64,000 nucleotides of DNA from an uncultured Chloroflexia bacterium (GTDB lineage Bacteria > Chloroflexota > Limnocylindria > Limnocylindrales > CSP1-4): the NCBI GenBank assembly GCA_963746075.1, contig CAVUZY010000001.1, forward strand, positions 26,046-90,045. The letters run 5' to 3'. Each line of letters starts with the position of its first letter. Position 1 is the stretch's first letter. The notes beneath the pieces were generated by a model, which saw nothing but the letters and a program-made list of their open reading frames with translations, made no database searches and was not told where the DNA came from. Made by a program: the position numbers and the translations under genes. This document shows positions 10,101 through 19,381 of the stretch, piece after piece.

Positions 10101-11627
10101 CGGCTACCGCCGCTTCGGCCACAACGAGGCCGACGAGCCGGCCTACACGCAGCCCGAGATGTACCCGCGCGATCAAGCACAAGCACGCGTCGGTGCGCGA
10201 GCTGTTGCGCCGAGCAGCTCGTCGAGGAGGGCGTGATCGCCACCGAGGACGAGTCGACCGAGATGACCGACGGAGGTCTGGGACGAGCTGCACGACGCGC
10301 CACGACGCGCTGAAGGCGCAGATCGCCGAGGCCGCCGAGTCGAGCGACGGCGAGCACGCGACCGGCGAGTACCAGCTCGACCGCACGCCGTCGCCCGGAG
10401 GTCAAGACCGCGGTCTCCGCCGATCGCCTGCAGGTCCTCAACGAGGAGCTGCTGCGCGTGCCCGAGGGCTTCACCGATCCACCCCAAGCTGTCAAGCAGC
10501 TCGAGCGGCGGCGCGAGGCGGTCGACGCCGCGGACGGCGGGATCGATCTGGGCCCATGCGCGAGGCGCTCGCGTTCGCCTCGCTGCTGACCGAGGGGATC
10601 CCGATCCGGCTCACCGGCCAGGACACCGAGCGCGGCACGTTCAGCCAGCGCCACATGGTGCTGCACGATCCGAAGACCGGCCAGGCGCGTTCGCGCCGAT
10701 CCAGCACCTGCCGGGCGCGCTGGCGCCGATCGAGCTGCACAACAGCCCGCTGTCGGAGATCGGCTGCCTCGGCTTCGAGTACGGCTACTCGCACGGAGGC
10801 GCCCGAGACGCTCGTGCTGTGGGAGGCGCAGTTCGGCGACTTCGTCAACGGCGCCCAGGTGATCATCGACCAGTTCATCGTCTCCGGGCCTGGCCAAGTG
10901 GGGCCAGACCGTCGCGGCTCACGCTGCTGCTGCCGCACGGCTACGAGGGCTCGGGCCCCGAGCACTCCTCGGCCCGGCTCGAGCGCTTCCTGCAGCTTGC
11001 GGCCGAGGGCAACATCCGCGTCGCCAACCCGACGACGCCGGCGCAGTACTTCCACCTGCTGCGCCGCCAGGCGCGCGATCGCCAAGCAGCGCCCGCTCGT
11101 CGTGATGACGCCGAAGAGCCTGCTGCGGCTGCCGCAGGCCGCCAGCCGGCCTCGAGGAGCTGGCCGAGGGCCGCTTCCACCCGGTGCTCGGCGACCCGAC
11201 CGCCGACGCGCCGAGCAGGTCACCGGCTCGTCGCTGTGCACGCGGCAAGATCTACTACGACCTGTCGGCACCGCCGAACGCGCGGGCAACGACCGGACGT
11301 CGCGATCGGCCGGGTCGAGCTGCTCTATCCGTTCCCGCAGGCGCGAGCTCCTCGAGCTGATCGAGGCGCTACCCGAATCTCGAGGAGGTCGTGTGGGTCC
11401 AGGAGGAGCCGCGCAACATGGGCGCCCGCGCCCACATGTCGCCGCGGCTGATGCAGATCCTGCCCGAGCACCTGCAGTTCGGCTACATCGGCCGCCCCGA
11501 GCGCGCCGCCTCCGGCGAGGGCTACCCGATCGCCCACGTCGCCGAGCAGGACCGCGTCGTCAAGACGGCGCTGAACGTGGACCAGCCGATCTCGCAGTTC
11601 CCCCGGAAAACGCCGGGCGAGCGGTAA
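7200..11627 (+). CDS. kgd: Multifunctional 2-oxoglutarate dehydrogenase (2 lipoyl domains + E3-binding + E2 catalytic + E1); many indels
   Basis: Fragments across frames: STDKVD x2, [95 protein letters not shown]. Confidence 0.9.
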
Positions 11628-11671
11628 CTCCCCTCCGTGGGCGCGGCGCAGACGCCTTGCTCGCTGAGCCG

Positions 11672-11731
11672 CTAGGTCAGGATGATGATGAGGATGATGA
11701 TGAGGATCAGCGTCCCGATACCGATGTACAT
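11672..11731 (-). CDS. 19-aa hydrophobic microprotein MYIGIGTLILIIILIIILT
   Basis: Manual translation; SD AAGGAG 5 nt before ATG; GC3-type codons (ATC/CTC/CTG); fills an otherwise empty gap. Confidence 0.75.
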   Translation of the reverse strand: MYIGIGTLILIIILIIILT

Positions 11732-11765
11732 GCGGTCTCCTTTCCTTCAGGGGGCAGGCGACAGA

Positions 11766-11791
11766 TTTCCCCGATTGCGGCGATCCGAAGC
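11766..11791 (-). promoter_or_regulatory. Candidate SigB/SigF-type promoter for the microprotein
   Basis: GCTT-N16-GGGAAA on minus strand, resembling GTTT-N14-17-GGGWAW. Confidence 0.4.
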
Positions 11792-11805
11792 GCGAGTAGA
11801 CGGAA

Positions 11806-12702
11806 CTACGAGCCCAGCCGCTTCCGCAGCTCGCCCACACCCGGGGCGATCTCCTCGCTGAGGCGAGGCATCAGCTGAGCCCAGCCGGGGTTGGCGGCCA
11901 TCGCTCGACGGACCCGTTCGATGGCCTGGTCGCTCGCCCCGCCGTGGATCGCCGCGACGCCGGCGAAGAACAGGAGCTCGTCGTTGTCGGGAGCCAGCTC
12001 GAGCGCGGCCGCGTAGCGCTCGGCGGCCTCCTCGTGACGGCCCTCGCCGACGAGCTCGTCCCCCTCTGACGCCAGCTCGTACGCGCGGGCGACACCGAGC
12101 ACGCGCCGCAGCTCGGCGAGCGGGTCGGGGTGATCCTCGACCCGGAGGTCGAAGCGCTTGCGCCACGGCTCTCCCTCCGCACCGACCACCACCAAGGCGG
12201 CCGACTGGCGACCGCGCACGTCCCCGCCCTCCGCCTCGGCCGCATCGAGCGCCGCGGCCATGCGCTCCGCAAGGTCGCCGCTCGCGGCGCGGAACGCGGC
12301 GGCCATCGCCGGCCACACGGTCTCCGACGCCATCATGTTCGCCTGGCACGAGAACTCCTCGCCCACCTCGTGGCCGGCGAAGGGGATGCACCCGGCACCC
12401 GTGCGCACCGCGACCTCGCCCTTACCGTCCACGACGGCCACCTGGCGGAACCTCGCTTGCTCGTCCGCGGCCAGGAGCTCGGTGAGTGCCGCTTCGGCGC
12501 CCTGCCCTGCCGACAGGCGCTCGAGGGCCCGCGGACCGTGGGCAATCTCCGCAATGGACTGGGTGGCGACGGCCCCGACACCGGGCTGGGCCCACGAGAC
12601 GACCGAGCCGACGGAGAACCAATGTGATTGGACAGCCACGCCGAGCTCGCCCGTCTCCGGGTCGCGAGCAACGATCGAGTAGGTGCCCTGCCGCACGCCC
12701 AT
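11806..12702 (-). CDS. DUF1028 (Ntn-hydrolase-like) protein with C-terminal TPR
   Basis: TYSIVARDPETGELGVAVQS, GVGAVATQS, GGDVRGRQSAAL, DLRVEDHPDP. Confidence 0.9.
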   Translation of the reverse strand: MGVRQGTYSIVARDPETGELGVAVQSHWFSVGSVVSWAQPGVGAVATQSIAEIAHGPRALERLSAGQGAEAALTELLAADEQARFRQVAVVDGKGEVAVRTGAGCIPFAGHEVGEEFSCQANMMASETVWPAMAAAFRAASGDLAERMAAALDAAEAEGGDVRGRQSAALVVVGAEGEPWRKRFDLRVEDHPDPLAELRRVLGVARAYELASEGDELVGEGRHEEAAERYAAALELAPDNDELLFFAGVAAIHGGASDQAIERVRRAMAANPGWAQLMPRLSEEIAPGVGELRKRLGS

Positions 12703-12721
12703 CGGCTTATTCTCGCGCGCT

Positions 12722-12997
12722 ATGCGAATCGACGGCGCGGGGGCGGAGCGGGTGCTGGCGCGCGTGCGTGAGATCCCCGAGGGCTTCGTCCGCACGTACG
12801 GCGACCTCGCGCCCGGCGCGCCGCGCTTCGCCGGGGCGGTCCTGTTCGCCTCGGGCGCCGACGTGCCGTGGCACCGCGTCGTTCGCGCCGACGGGTCGCT
12901 GGCGAAGGGCGACCGCCAGCGCGCGCTGCTCGAGGCCGAGGGTGTCCCCTTCCGGGGCCGGCGCGTGGACGTCGCCCGCGCGAGGATGCCCGTCTGA
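12722..12997 (+). CDS. Alkyltransferase-like (ATL/MGMT-family) DNA-binding protein
   Basis: IPEGFVRTYGDLA, VPWHRVV (Trp instead of catalytic Cys), QRALLEAEGV. Confidence 0.85.
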   Translation: MRIDGAGAERVLARVREIPEGFVRTYGDLAPGAPRFAGAVLFASGADVPWHRVVRADGSLAKGDRQRALLEAEGVPFRGRRVDVARARMPV

Positions 12998-12998
12998 C

Positions 12999-13421
12999 AT
13001 GTGGGTCCAGCGCGAGATACGCCTGCCGCCGGTGCCGCGCGGCTTCCATCTCGTCCACCGCGAGATCGTCGGCGCGTTGCCGGAGATCGGCGACGTCGGC
13101 GTGGGTCTCCTCCACCTGCTGATCCGCCACACGTCCGCGTCGCTCGCGCTACAGGAGAACGCCGACCCGAGCGTGCGGCGAGACTTCGAGTCGTGGTTCA
13201 ACCAGGCGGTGCCCGAGGACGCGCCCTACTGGACGCACACGCTGGAGGGCTCCGACGACATGCCGGCGCACATCAAGGCGTCGCTGCTCGGGCCGACGCT
13301 GACGCTGCCGATCTCCTCGGGGCGACTGGCCCTCGGAACGTGGCAGGGCATCTACCTGTGCGAGCACCGCGACGCAGGCGGCTCGCGGTCGCTGGTCGCC
13401 ACGTTGTGGGGCGAGACATGA
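12999..13421 (+). CDS. yjbQ: YjbQ family (UPF0047) protein
   Basis: HTSASL..ENADP.V, EGSDDMPAHIKASLLG, LGTWQGIYLCEHR. Confidence 0.9.
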   Translation: MWVQREIRLPPVPRGFHLVHREIVGALPEIGDVGVGLLHLLIRHTSASLALQENADPSVRRDFESWFNQAVPEDAPYWTHTLEGSDDMPAHIKASLLGPTLTLPISSGRLALGTWQGIYLCEHRDAGGSRSLVATLWGET

Positions 13422-13434
13422 GAGCGTTGGCGTC

Positions 13435-14217
13435 GTGATCCGCGTCCACGCGCTCGACACCGGACGCGTCAAGCTCCACCCACGCCAGACCCATCCGCCG
13501 TCGCGCGACTCTCTCCGCCTCGTCGCGACTCTGCTCGACCGCCGGTGGACCGACTGGCTGGCGATCTGGACCTTTGCGATCGAGCACCCCGAGGGCACGG
13601 TGGTTGTGGACGCGGGACAGGACCCCGACTACCGAACACCGGCCTGGGACCTCTACGGCAGGACGGCTGTCGAGTTCGAGGTCGGCGAGGCGGACCGCCT
13701 GGAAACCCGGCTGCGCGAGGTGGGCGTCGACCCGACATCGGTGCGCAACCACGTCTTCACCCACCTGCACGTCGACCACGTGGGCGCGGGGTGTCTGCCC
13801 GGAGCGACGGCCGTCGTCCACGAGGAGGAGTGGCGCGCCGCATCTCGGCCCGGCGCACGCCTGCGCGGCTACATCCGCGCCGGCATCGACGACCCTCAGA
13901 CCGTCTCGGGCGACCATGACCTCTATGGCGACGGCACCATCCGCCTGCTCGCAACGCCGGGGCACACGGCCGGCCACCAGTCGGTCCTGGTCACCCCGAC
14001 GGAGGGCCCACCAATTCTCGTGACGGGCGACGCCGTCTACAGCGAGGCCGCGCTGCTGGAGCGTCGCAACGACGGCGTGGGCGTGAACCCGAAGCAGGCG
14101 CGCGCCAGCATCGACCGCCTGCGGGATCTCTGCCGCGAGACTCCCATGGTCGCTGCCCCCACGCACGACGTGGGCACGCCCGCCCGCATCGCGGGCGGGC
14201 AGACGACAGCCGTCTAG
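13435..14217 (+). CDS. N-acyl homoserine lactonase-family MBL hydrolase
   Basis: THLHVDHVG, DLYGDG, TPGHTAGHQSV, TGDA, PTHD. Confidence 0.8.
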   Translation: MIRVHALDTGRVKLHPRQTHPPSRDSLRLVATLLDRRWTDWLAIWTFAIEHPEGTVVVDAGQDPDYRTPAWDLYGRTAVEFEVGEADRLETRLREVGVDPTSVRNHVFTHLHVDHVGAGCLPGATAVVHEEEWRAASRPGARLRGYIRAGIDDPQTVSGDHDLYGDGTIRLLATPGHTAGHQSVLVTPTEGPPILVTGDAVYSEAALLERRNDGVGVNPKQARASIDRLRDLCRETPMVAAPTHDVGTPARIAGGQTTAV

Positions 14218-14624
14218 GTCGTCGCGGGCAGGCCGGCGGCCTCGAGGGCCTGCTCGCGCGTCGCGTATTCGCGCCCGCTCAGGATCAGCCCGTCGCGAAC
14301 GGTGTAGACCACGCCGAACACCAGCTCGGTCGGCACTCCACTCCCCCTCGCGACTCCGCTCGCCCGCTGTACCGCGATCACCGTCTCATCGCCGGCGTCC
14401 ATCACGTCGAGCGACTCGACGCGGAGATCGTCGAACGTCTCGTCCCAGTCCGCGACATAGGCGCGCACGGCATCGCGGCCCTCCATGACGCCCACGTCGT
14501 CCGGCGCACCCTCGATCGCACGCCACGTGATTTCCGGGTGCCAGTGACGTGACAGTGCATCCATCCCGGCGTGGTTCCACCCCTCCCACGAGGCGCGCAC
14601 GACCTCGACGTTCTCGGCGCTCAC
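14214..14624 (-). CDS. SnoaL/NTF2-like protein
   Basis: MSAENVEVVR...GRDAVR...GSGVP...YTVRDG...EQALEAAGL. Confidence 0.9.
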   Translation of the reverse strand: MSAENVEVVRASWEGWNHAGMDALSRHWHPEITWRAIEGAPDDVGVMEGRDAVRAYVADWDETFDDLRVESLDVMDAGDETVIAVQRASGVARGSGVPTELVFGVVYTVRDGLILSGREYATREQALEAAGLPATT

Positions 14625-15391
14625 TTCCCCTTCCAGACGGGCGGCCGCTTCTCAGCGAAGGCGATCGCGCCCTCGCGCGCGTCCTCGGACATCATCACCG
14701 GACCGGCGATCTCGCCCTGGCGGGTCCAGAACTCCTGCTCGGACCAGTCGGAGACCTCGCGCAGGATCCGCTTCGACGCTCGCACCGCGAGCGGCCCGTT
14801 GGCTGCGATCGTCGCACCAAGCTCGAGCGCGGCGTCCAGCGCGCCGCCCGGGTCGGTGACGCGGTTGACGACCCCCAGTTCCGCAAGGCGCTCGGCGCTC
14901 ACGGGCTCACCGGTGAGCGCCAGCTCCATGGCGAGGTTGAAAGGCATGACGCGAGGCAGCCGCATCAGCGCCCCGCCCGCTGCGACGAGGCTGCGCTTCA
15001 CCTCGGGGATGCCGAGCTTTGCGTCGCGCGACGCGACGATCAGGTCGCAGGCCAGCGCGACCTCGAACCCGCCGGCGACGGCGAAGCCCTCTACGGCCGC
15101 GATGATGGGCTTCTCGGGCGGGCGCTGGACGATCCCAGCGAAGCCGCGATCCTCGAAGTAGGGCCGCTCGCCGGCGATGAACGCCTTGAGGTCCATGCCG
15201 GAGCTGAACCCCTTGCCCGCGCCGGTGAGGATCGCGATCTGCAGGTCGTCGCTCGAGTCAAGCTCGTCGAGGGCATGCCCGACCCCCTCCGCGACGGCAC
15301 CGTTGATCGCGTTGCGCGCGTCGGGGCGGTTCAGCGTGATGAGGAGAACGCCGTCGCGGCGCTCGGTGAGAACTGCGGATTTGTCAGACAT
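14621..15391 (-). CDS. Crotonase/enoyl-CoA hydratase family
   Basis: LNRPDARNA, SGMDLK, AVEGFAVAGGFE, PEVKR, AFAEKRPP.W. Confidence 0.92.
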   Translation of the reverse strand: MSDKSAVLTERRDGVLLITLNRPDARNAINGAVAEGVGHALDELDSSDDLQIAILTGAGKGFSSGMDLKAFIAGERPYFEDRGFAGIVQRPPEKPIIAAVEGFAVAGGFEVALACDLIVASRDAKLGIPEVKRSLVAAGGALMRLPRVMPFNLAMELALTGEPVSAERLAELGVVNRVTDPGGALDAALELGATIAANGPLAVRASKRILREVSDWSEQEFWTRQGEIAGPVMMSEDAREGAIAFAEKRPPVWKGK

Positions 15392-15434
15392 GGCCGGAGC
15401 CTATGCGGTGCGGAGTGAAATCGGCCCGTGGCGC

Positions 15435-15578
15435 GGAGTTGTTGCGTTGGGCACAACTCGCGACGAGGTCGCGGATCGCATTCAGGAAGCGGTAAGCGCC
15501 TACGTCGAGGAGATGGCAGCGATCGGCGAGCGCCTCCCCGCGCCTGGATCGTCGACCGGCACTGTCCAAGCCGCCTGA
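15435..15578 (+). pseudogene. 5'-truncated HicB-like antitoxin remnant
   Basis: GVVALGTTRDEVADRIQEAVSAYVEEMAAIGERLPAP matches HicB N-domain second half; no hicA nearby. Confidence 0.6.
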
Positions 15579-15587
15579 GCGGCGGCT

Positions 15588-16256
15588 TCAAGCAGCGAAT
15601 AGCGTCAGATCGGGTTCGCGGTCACCGCGCAGGACGCCAAGGTCCACCGTAACGCACTCGATGCCGCGCGACTGTGCGAGCGCCCTCGCCTGCGGCTTGA
15701 TTGCCTGGGCCGCCAAGACCCCGCGGCATTCCGCCATCGCCGGGTCTTCACGGACGCGCTCGAGGTAGCGCGTCAGCTGCTCGACCGCCTCGATCCCGGC
15801 GATCCTCTTGATCTCGACGGCGACCCAGCCGTCGTCCTCGTCGCGGCACATAAGGTCGACGGGCCCGATGTCGGTCGGCCATTCGCGGCGGGCAAGCCGA
15901 AGCCCCTCCCCGCACCACTCGGGTGCCTCGGCGAGGAGCTCCTGGAGATGCCTTTCCACGCCGTCCTTCTCCAGCGCGGCCGCCTCGCCCATGTCGTGCA
16001 GGGTGTCGGAGACGACCTCGGCGATGGTGATCTCCAGCTGGTCCTCGCCGCCCCGCTTGCGCACGACGATGCGCCCAGGCTGCTCCTCGATGACGGTGGG
16101 GGGCGTCATCCAGTTCTGCGGTTTGTAGCCGCCGGTGTCGGCGTGGACCATGAACGACCCGTCGTCCTTGACCATCAGCAACCGCAGCGCCTCGGGGAGG
16201 CGGGCGGTCAGGCGACCGGAGTAGAGGACCTCGCAGCGGGCGACGATGAGGCGCAC
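15588..16256 (-). CDS. nucS: Mismatch-specific endonuclease NucS/EndoMS
   Basis: MRLIVARCEV.Y.GRL.A.LP, KDGVE.HLQELLA, RREWPT.IGPVDL, EIKR, VEQLTRY. Confidence 0.95.
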   Translation of the reverse strand: MRLIVARCEVLYSGRLTARLPEALRLLMVKDDGSFMVHADTGGYKPQNWMTPPTVIEEQPGRIVVRKRGGEDQLEITIAEVVSDTLHDMGEAAALEKDGVERHLQELLAEAPEWCGEGLRLARREWPTDIGPVDLMCRDEDDGWVAVEIKRIAGIEAVEQLTRYLERVREDPAMAECRGVLAAQAIKPQARALAQSRGIECVTVDLGVLRGDREPDLTLFAA

Positions 16257-16302
16257 GGAGGCGAGCCTACGACGACGACACGACGGCTAGATAATCCCCG
16301 TC

Positions 16303-16917
16303 GTGGAGCAAGTCGTTGTCACACGCGTGGAGTCGGTTGGGCCCCTGCGAAGATCGCGCGACCTCCAGGAGCGGCTCATGGTGCGCTTCCCGGCCGTATT
16401 CCGACGCCTGGCCGCGCTCATGTTCCGGCTCAGTCCTGACTCGCGACTGAGGCGGGCTCTCCTGCGCCGGGCTTTTCTCTCCGGTTGGGCCTCCTTCGAC
16501 CGCCAGGATTTCGAGGTCAACGTTCTCTATTTTTCAGCCGACGCCGAGTTCGAGTTCCCCTCCGGCATGCAGACCCTTGGCCTGGGCGACTCGTACCGCG
16601 GCCACGAGGGCAGGATCGAGGCACTCAACAAGATCTTCGAGGTCTTTGGGTCGGAGCTCGAGCCTGCCTACATGCTCGACCTCGGTGACCGCGTCCTTAC
16701 GCTTGGGTTCCTGCATGCCGACGCTCGCGCAAGCGGAGTAAGGCTCGACCAGGAGCTCGGGCAGTTGGCGACCGTGCGGAACGGGCTCGTGGCGCGCGAC
16801 CAGACCTTCTTTTCATGGGACGAAGGACTGCGCGCCGCCGGACTCGACCCGGCCGCCATCGCCCTGCACCGGCACGCAGCGCCACGTCAGACAGTCACAC
16901 GAGAACCCGGCCGCTAG
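16303..16917 (+). CDS. SnoaL/NTF2-like protein with N-terminal extension
   Basis: YRGHEG, DLGDRVL, ASGV, VRNGLV, WDEGLRAAGL. Confidence 0.8.
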   Translation: MEQVVVTRVESVGPLRRSRDLQERLMVRFPAVFRRLAALMFRLSPDSRLRRALLRRAFLSGWASFDRQDFEVNVLYFSADAEFEFPSGMQTLGLGDSYRGHEGRIEALNKIFEVFGSELEPAYMLDLGDRVLTLGFLHADARASGVRLDQELGQLATVRNGLVARDQTFFSWDEGLRAAGLDPAAIALHRHAAPRQTVTREPGR

Positions 16918-17324
16918 GCCGACAGGCCGATCGACGTGAGTGCCTCTTCGCGCGTCTCGAACCAGGCGACGCGAACCACCTTGCCCTCGCGGATCGTCCA
17001 GACACCCGAGTTGTCGAAGGTGACCTCGAGTCCACTCTGCCGGCCACGTGCGCGATTCTTCACCACGGAGATCACGTACTCGCCCGCATCGATCAGCTCC
17101 AGCACCTCGTCCTCGAGGTCGTCCCACGCGGTGTACCACTCCCGAAACCAGGCTCGCAGCTCGTCGTGCCCACGGTAGATGCCCCCGCCATAAAGGCGGG
17201 CGGGCGCGGTGCCGGAGTCGTCCCACTCGATGTCGTCGGCGTAGAGTTCGAGAACCCCCTCGGTGTCGCGCCGAGCCACGGCTTCGTAGACGCGGCGAAC
17301 CACGTCCATGCTCTCCTCAGACAT
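16914..17324 (-). CDS. SnoaL/NTF2-like protein
   Basis: MSEESMDVVRR, DIEWD, YRGHD, RGRQSG, WTIREGKV, REEAL. Confidence 0.9.
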   Translation of the reverse strand: MSEESMDVVRRVYEAVARRDTEGVLELYADDIEWDDSGTAPARLYGGGIYRGHDELRAWFREWYTAWDDLEDEVLELIDAGEYVISVVKNRARGRQSGLEVTFDNSGVWTIREGKVVRVAWFETREEALTSIGLSA

Positions 17325-17368
17325 GGCCCGCCGAGTATCCCGCAGCGCCACCCGCCCGCGTGACCCAC

Positions 17369-18205
17369 CTAGAGCGTGTCGAGCGGGACGCCGACGATCT
17401 TCAGCCGCCGCGTCAGGCCGTTCAGCGCGAACGAGCGGATCTCGTCGCCCGACGCACCCAGCGCCTCCCAGTCCGTCCCGTCGCGGTCGGGCGGGGCCAG
17501 CGCGCTCGCCACCGCCGGCAACAGCTCGCGCAGCTTCTCGCGCACACGGTCACCCATCGCCGCGTCACGCGCGACCGACTCGCGCAGGAACCACACGCCC
17601 CACCCGATGTGACGCTGCTCGTCGTGGTGGATGTGCGTGTAGCCCTCGACGAAGCCCGGCAGGACGCCGTTGTTAGTCATGTAGCGGGTGATGAACTCGA
17701 AGGCGGTCAGGCCGAGCGTGCTCTCGATGATCAGGTGGTACGTCGTCACGAAGTCGACCTTCGCGCCGGCGTCACGCGGGTTCGCCGCCAGCCGGTCGTG
17801 CGCCGTCACGAGCGCCTCGTCGAAGATCACGCGGAACGAGTCACCCAGCTCCTTGCGGGAGCGAGCCACGTGGTCCGCGATGACGGCGGGCTCGGCGATC
17901 ACGTCGTCCTGCACGCGCGCGTAGAACTGCATGTGCCGTGCCTCATCCACCTGCTGCGTGGCGAGGAAGCTCGCCTCCTCCTCGCTGTCGGCCGCCATCA
18001 CGAGCGCCGCGAACTTCGTCGTGATTCGCTCCTCACCGACCATGAGCGACGCGAGCGCCCAATAGACGAGGCCCTTGTCCTCCGCCGAGAGCCCGTTGCC
18101 CCACTGCGCCTTGTCCTGCTCGAGGTCGATCGACCACGGGTTCCACTGCTCGTGCTCCCAGTGGCGGTATAGCGTCTCGGGGTCGTTGAGGTGGATCTCG
18201 GCCAT
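17369..18205 (-). CDS. Ferritin-like di-metal protein, RNR R2-like (R2lox-type)
   Basis: W.P..ID...D, GEERIT, DEARH, YHLIIE, DEQRH; no R1 subunit nearby. Confidence 0.8.
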   Translation of the reverse strand: MAEIHLNDPETLYRHWEHEQWNPWSIDLEQDKAQWGNGLSAEDKGLVYWALASLMVGEERITTKFAALVMAADSEEEASFLATQQVDEARHMQFYARVQDDVIAEPAVIADHVARSRKELGDSFRVIFDEALVTAHDRLAANPRDAGAKVDFVTTYHLIIESTLGLTAFEFITRYMTNNGVLPGFVEGYTHIHHDEQRHIGWGVWFLRESVARDAAMGDRVREKLRELLPAVASALAPPDRDGTDWEALGASGDEIRSFALNGLTRRLKIVGVPLDTL

Positions 18206-18213
18206 CGCGGACG

Positions 18214-18987
18214 CTAGAGCGGCTTGCGTGCGCGGATGATCGCCGACCCGGCGTGCTCGTGCACGCGGTGCGTGTGGCGGATCTCGACGTCCTCGAAGCC
18301 GGCGGCCTCGAGCGCACCGCGGAACTCGGTTTCGGTGAGCGCGCCGGCGATGCACCCGGTCCACGCGGCCATGTCGGCCTTGGTCGCCTCGTCCATCTCG
18401 TCGTCGGCGAGGACGTCGGAGACGGCGAACCGGCCGCCCGGGCGCAGGACGCGCGCCGCCTCGCCGATCACCTTGGCCTTGTCGGCGGCGAGGTTGATCA
18501 CGCAGTTGGAGATGACGACGTCGACGGTGGCGTCCGGCAGCGGCATGTCCTCGATGTAGCCCTTGACGAAGTCCGCGTTCTCGACGCCCGCCTCCGCGGC
18601 GTTCGCGCGGGCGAGCTCGAGCATCTCGTCGGTCATGTCGAGGCCGATGGCCTTGCCGGACGGGCCGACGCGACGCGCGGAGATGAGCACGTCGGCGCCC
18701 GCGCCCGACCCGAGGTCGAGGACGGTCTCGCCCTCGTGCAGGTCGGCGACGGCGGTGGGGACGCCGCAGCCGAGCGAGGCGTCGACGGCTGCTGTCGGCA
18801 CCTCCTCACGGCTGGCCTCGTCGTACAGCGACGCGCCGAAGACGCCGGTCTCGTCGGCCGGGCTGCACGAGACGCCGGAGCCGCCGCAGCAGCCATCGGC
18901 CTGGTTGTCCGCAACGGCGCGCGCGGCCGCGGCGTAGCGCTCGCGAACGGTCTCTCGGATGTCTGTGTCGGTGATCAGCTCAGCCAT
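18214..18987 (-). CDS. arsM: Arsenite S-adenosylmethionine methyltransferase
   Basis: [41 protein letters not shown]. Confidence 0.92.
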   Translation of the reverse strand: MAELITDTDIRETVRERYAAAARAVADNQADGCCGGSGVSCSPADETGVFGASLYDEASREEVPTAAVDASLGCGVPTAVADLHEGETVLDLGSGAGADVLISARRVGPSGKAIGLDMTDEMLELARANAAEAGVENADFVKGYIEDMPLPDATVDVVISNCVINLAADKAKVIGEAARVLRPGGRFAVSDVLADDEMDEATKADMAAWTGCIAGALTETEFRGALEAAGFEDVEIRHTHRVHEHAGSAIIRARKPL

Positions 18988-19328
18988 GTGGACAGCTCCT
19001 TCAGGGCGTCGGGGAGTACGTAGTAATAGGCCCACAGCCCGCGCCGCTCGGAGTCGACGATGCCCGCCTCGCGCAGCACCTTCAGGTGGTGCGAGACGGT
19101 GGGCTGGGACAGGTCGAACAGCGGCACGAGCTCGCAGACGCACACCTTGCCGGCGTGCTTGCGCAGTACGTCGACGAGCTGGAGGCGGATCGGATCGGAC
19201 AACGCCTTGGCGATGACGGAAATCCGCTCGGCCTGAACGCGCTCGACTTCGGGATAGACGACGGGCTCGCAACAGACCTCACCGGCGGGGCGCTTCTGCT
19301 TGGGAGCGAGCTCCAGATCGACCGGCAT
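18975..19328 (-). CDS. arsR: ArsR/SmtB family arsenic-responsive repressor
   Basis: KALSDPIRL, VCVCEL, SQPTVSHHLKVLREAG, ERRG.W.YY. Confidence 0.9.
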   Translation of the reverse strand: MPVDLELAPKQKRPAGEVCCEPVVYPEVERVQAERISVIAKALSDPIRLQLVDVLRKHAGKVCVCELVPLFDLSQPTVSHHLKVLREAGIVDSERRGLWAYYYVLPDALKELSTWLS

Positions 19329-19331
19329 CTA

Positions 19332-19365
19332 TCTATTCATATCGATTGAATAGACATCTGTCAAT
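19332..19365. promoter_or_regulatory. Probable ArsR operator / divergent promoters
   Basis: AT-rich gap with TCTATTCA-N7-TGAATAGA and overlapping ATTGA-N11-TCAAT inverted repeats. Confidence 0.65.
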
Positions 19366-19381
19366 CTTTTATGCTGGCCCT

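Noticed and set aside
7200-11627. Dense frameshifts in kgd as pseudogenisation or programmed recoding
   Set aside because: Dozens of scattered single-base indels with motifs intact and no slippery sites; same pattern in other conserved genes; best explained by consensus/sequencing error
11681-11710. (GAT)n microsatellite or Asp-rich plus-strand peptide
   Set aside because: Explained by Ile/Leu codons of the minus-strand microprotein
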